This document shows positions 26,209 to 29,074 of a stretch of 29,074 bases of DNA, in pieces (the first letter of the stretch is position 1; each line of letters opens with the position of its first letter). The stretch covers positions 1-29,074 of IMG/VR virus record IMGVR_UViG_3300025083_000157; one strand, written 5' to 3'. Below the pieces are notes generated by a model. It made no database searches and was not told the DNA's origin. It saw only the letters and a list, made by a program, of their open reading frames with translations. Position numbers and translations under genes: made by a program. Origin of the DNA: a virus. Lineage: Duplodnaviria; Caudoviricetes.

Positions 26209-27564
26209 ATGACAGATAAGTTAAGTGAATACGGTTGGAGCTTTCAAGTAAAAGTTTTAGCAGCAATGTTTACAGATAGAGTATTTTTACAGCAAATTAC
26301 TGATATTATACAAGCAGACTATTTTGAGTCAGATGCTAATAGTTGGCTATTAGAAGTTATATTAGACCATTTTCGAGAATATAAAACACCCCCTACAAAA
26401 GACGTATTAAAAGTTAAAGTTACTGGTATAGAAAATGATGTGCTTAAGACCGCCATATTAGAACAACTCAAAGACGTTTTTAGATATATGGAGTCAGACG
26501 ATTTAACATTTGTTAAAGACGAAATACTCAAGTTTTGTAAGAATCAAGAAATTAAAAGAGCAATAATGGATAGTGTCGGATTACTTAAAATGGGTAATTA
26601 TGACGAAATTAAAAGCAAAATTGACGGTGCTATGAAAGCTGGTGCAGATACTGATATAGGATTAGAGTATAAAGATACTGTGTCTTTACGTTATGACGAA
26701 GCAGCCCGAGATACCATGACAACTGGTTGGGATGTTATTGACGATTTAATGGACGGTGGTCTTGCCCCAGGAGAATTAGGAGTAGTAATGGCACCAGCTG
26801 GTATTGGTAAATCATGGTTGCTTATTAATATAGGAGCAAATGCAGTAAAAGCTGGTAAAACTGTTATTCACTATACATTAGAACTCAATGAGAATTATGT
26901 AGGACAACGATATGACTCAGTAGTAACAGGCATTAACGCACAAAATCTAAAAAATTATCAAGAAGATATTCAAGATAAAATGGATAAACTAAAAGGCGAA
27001 TTGGTCATAAAACATTATCCAACTAAATCTATAGGAGTTATTGGTATTAAAGCTCATATAGAGAAAACTATAATGCTAGGAAATAATCCAGATCTAATTA
27101 TTATAGATTACGGAGATCTTTTAAAGGTAAATACCAAAAAAGACAAACATGAAGCATTAGAAGAATTATATGAAGAAATGCGAGGTATGGCTGGTGAATA
27201 TAACATACCAGTATGGACAGCATCGCAAGCAGGTCGATCTGCATTAGAAGAAGATGTTATTGAAGCCGACAAAATTGCGTCATCATATGGTAAAGTAATG
27301 GTAGCAGACTTTTTAATGTCGCTTTCTAGAAAAGTAGAAGATAAAATGTCAGGTACTGGTAGAGGGCATGTAATTAAAAATAGATTTGGTCCTGACGGAA
27401 TAACGCTACCATGTAAAATAAATACAAATAACGGACAATTTCAATTCTTTGAGCCACAAACTGCACAAGGAAAGCAAACGACGCAGGTAATGAAAACGGG
27501 AGAAAATATTGTGAAAAAAAATCTTGCACAAAAGTTTAAAGATCTGGGTGGAACATTGGGATGA
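26209..27564 (+). CDS. Replicative DNA helicase (DnaB / T4 gp41-like)
   Basis: GGLAPGELGVVMAPAGIGKS (Walker A), YTLEL, IIIDYGDLL, WTASQ, KNRFG. Confidence 0.93.
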   Translation: MTDKLSEYGWSFQVKVLAAMFTDRVFLQQITDIIQADYFESDANSWLLEVILDHFREYKTPPTKDVLKVKVTGIENDVLKTAILEQLKDVFRYMESDDLTFVKDEILKFCKNQEIKRAIMDSVGLLKMGNYDEIKSKIDGAMKAGADTDIGLEYKDTVSLRYDEAARDTMTTGWDVIDDLMDGGLAPGELGVVMAPAGIGKSWLLINIGANAVKAGKTVIHYTLELNENYVGQRYDSVVTGINAQNLKNYQEDIQDKMDKLKGELVIKHYPTKSIGVIGIKAHIEKTIMLGNNPDLIIIDYGDLLKVNTKKDKHEALEELYEEMRGMAGEYNIPVWTASQAGRSALEEDVIEADKIASSYGKVMVADFLMSLSRKVEDKMSGTGRGHVIKNRFGPDGITLPCKINTNNGQFQFFEPQTAQGKQTTQVMKTGENIVKKNLAQKFKDLGGTLG

Positions 27565-27569
27565 TGTCA

Positions 27570-27577
27570 TATTTATA
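27570..27577 (+). promoter_or_regulatory. TATTTATA motif
   Basis: Same late-type motif, immediately upstream of a terminator hairpin. Confidence 0.4.
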
Positions 27578-27586
27578 TAAAAGCAC

Positions 27587-27613
27587 GTCCGGGTTACACC
27601 CCGGGCTTTTTTT
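27587..27613 (+). terminator. Rho-independent terminator
   Basis: GTCCGGG-ttacac-CCCGGGC followed by T7. Confidence 0.8.
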
Positions 27614-27657
27614 GTCTAAAAATAAATCGTTTAATTAAAGAAAAAAGAGATTACAAA

Positions 27658-29074
27658 ATGGAGATTTCAAACAAAATTTTAAGTGATATTACAGTATACA
27701 TGAAGTATGCTAAGTATATCCCATCCTTGAACCGCCGTGAAACATGGGATGAATTAGTAACACGTAATAAGGATATGCATATAGAAAAATATCCTAAACT
27801 ACGCAACGAGATATCAGAAGCATATGAATATGTTTATGCAAAAAAAGTACTACCATCAATGAGGTCATTGCAATTTGGCGGCAAACCTATTGAAATCTCC
27901 CCAAATAGAATTTATAACTGTGCATATCTTCCTATAGATGATTATCGAGCATTCGGCGAAACAATGTTTTTATTGTTAGGCGGTACTGGAGTTGGTTATT
28001 CGGTACAAAAACATCATGTAGAAAAATTACCTGAAATCAGAAAACCAAATTTAGACAGAACAAGAAGATTTCTTATTGCGGATTCAATTGAAGGTTGGGC
28101 TGATGCCGTTAAGGCACTAGTAAAAAGTTATTTTCAAGGCACATCAAAATTAAAATTTGATTTCTCTGATATTAGACCAAAAGGAGCTCGACTAATTACA
28201 TCAGGAGGTAAAGCACCAGGATCACAACCTCTTAAAGAGTGCCTGATTAAAGTTCAAGGTATATTAGACTCAAAACAAATCGGTGACTTCTTATCTCCAA
28301 TTGAAGTTCACGATATTATATGCCATATAGCTGACGCTGTTTTAGCTGGCGGTATTAGACGTGCTGCATTAATTAGTTTATTTAGTGCTGACGATGAAGA
28401 AATGATTTCATGTAAGTCAGGCAACTGGTGGGAAACGAATCCACAACGAGGTAGAGCAAATAACTCTGCAGCATTAATGAGACATAAATTAACAAAAGGT
28501 TTCTTTATGGATCTATGGAAACGAGTAGAATTATCAGGAGCTGGTGAACCAGGTATATATTTAACAAATGACAAAGATTGGGGAACTAATCCATGTTGTG
28601 AGATTGCACTAAGGCCATTCCAATTCTGTAACTTATGTGAAGTAAATGCTTCAGATATCGAATCACAAGAAGATTTTGAAAACCGAGTCAGAGCAGCCGC
28701 ATTTATTGGAACATTACAAGCAGGATATACTGAATTTCATTATCTAAGACCAATTTGGCAAAGAACAACTGAGAAGGATGCACTAATTGGTGTATCTATG
28801 ACCGGAATTGGATCTGGAACTGTATTAGGATATGATATGACTAAAGCAGCAGATATAGTTAAAAATGAAAATTCTAGAGTAGCAGAAATTTTAGGAATTA
28901 ATGAAAGTGCAAGAACAACCACAGTTAAGCCTGCAGGAACAACTTCATTAGCATTAGGAACTAGCTCAGGAATCCATGCATGGCACAATGATTATTATAT
29001 TAGACGCGTACGAGTTGGAAAAAATGAAGCAATATATACATATTTATCAATCAATCATCCAGAACTAATTGAAG
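27658..29074 (+). CDS. nrdJ: Class II (adenosylcobalamin-dependent) ribonucleotide reductase, truncated by the window end
   Basis: Absent from the ORF track because there is no stop in the window. Manual translation gives MEISNKILSDITVYMKYAKY..RRETW, LPSMRSLQFGG, YNCAY, GTNPCCEI..QFCNLCE and TTVKPAGTTS. Confidence 0.9.
   Translation, partial: MEISNKILSDITVYMKYAKYIPSLNRRETWDELVTRNKDMHIEKYPKLRNEISEAYEYVYAKKVLPSMRSLQFGGKPIEISPNRIYNCAYLPIDDYRAFGETMFLLLGGTGVGYSVQKHHVEKLPEIRKPNLDRTRRFLIADSIEGWADAVKALVKSYFQGTSKLKFDFSDIRPKGARLITSGGKAPGSQPLKECLIKVQGILDSKQIGDFLSPIEVHDIICHIADAVLAGGIRRAALISLFSADDEEMISCKSGNWWETNPQRGRANNSAALMRHKLTKGFFMDLWKRVELSGAGEPGIYLTNDKDWGTNPCCEIALRPFQFCNLCEVNASDIESQEDFENRVRAAAFIGTLQAGYTEFHYLRPIWQRTTEKDALIGVSMTGIGSGTVLGYDMTKAADIVKNENSRVAEILGINESARTTTVKPAGTTSLALGTSSGIHAWHNDYYIRRVRVGKNEAIYTYLSINHPELIE

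Noticed and set aside
19173-29074. Inteins or introns in the polymerase, RecA, helicase or RNR
   Set aside because: Proteins are of normal or short length with contiguous motifs. No splice-junction or homing endonuclease motifs were seen.
1-29074. Alternative genetic code (stop codon reassignment)
   Set aside because: Standard code gives near-complete coding density, and TAA, TAG and TGA all end genes at sensible positions.

Overview
AT-rich, densely coded window with every credible gene on the + strand. It is most consistent with a large T4-superfamily-like myophage (contractile tail). 1-19148 is a virion module: neck gp13/gp14-like, tail terminator gp15-like, fibre/decoration proteins, tail sheath, tail tube, chaperone pair, tape measure and baseplate. 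19173-29074 is a replication module: short family A polymerase, gp32-like SSB, RecA/UvsX, 5'-3' exonuclease, DnaB/gp41 helicase and a class II RNR truncated by the window end. Two promoter-like motif classes recur: TATTTATA about 30 nt before late-type genes, and TTGGAT-N17-TAnnnT before replication and small accessory genes. Most notable: (i) a GC-rich three-way-junction RNA in the leader of a fibre gene whose 3' half resembles the c-di-GMP-II riboswitch core; (ii) a probable +1/-2 programmed frameshift in the chaperone pair before the tape measure gene; (iii) a 3-gene DUF1566-lectin cassette bracketed by a 50-bp promoter duplication and carrying an orphan 3' end of a homologous fibre gene. 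All family assignments come from motif recognition and gene order, not database searches.
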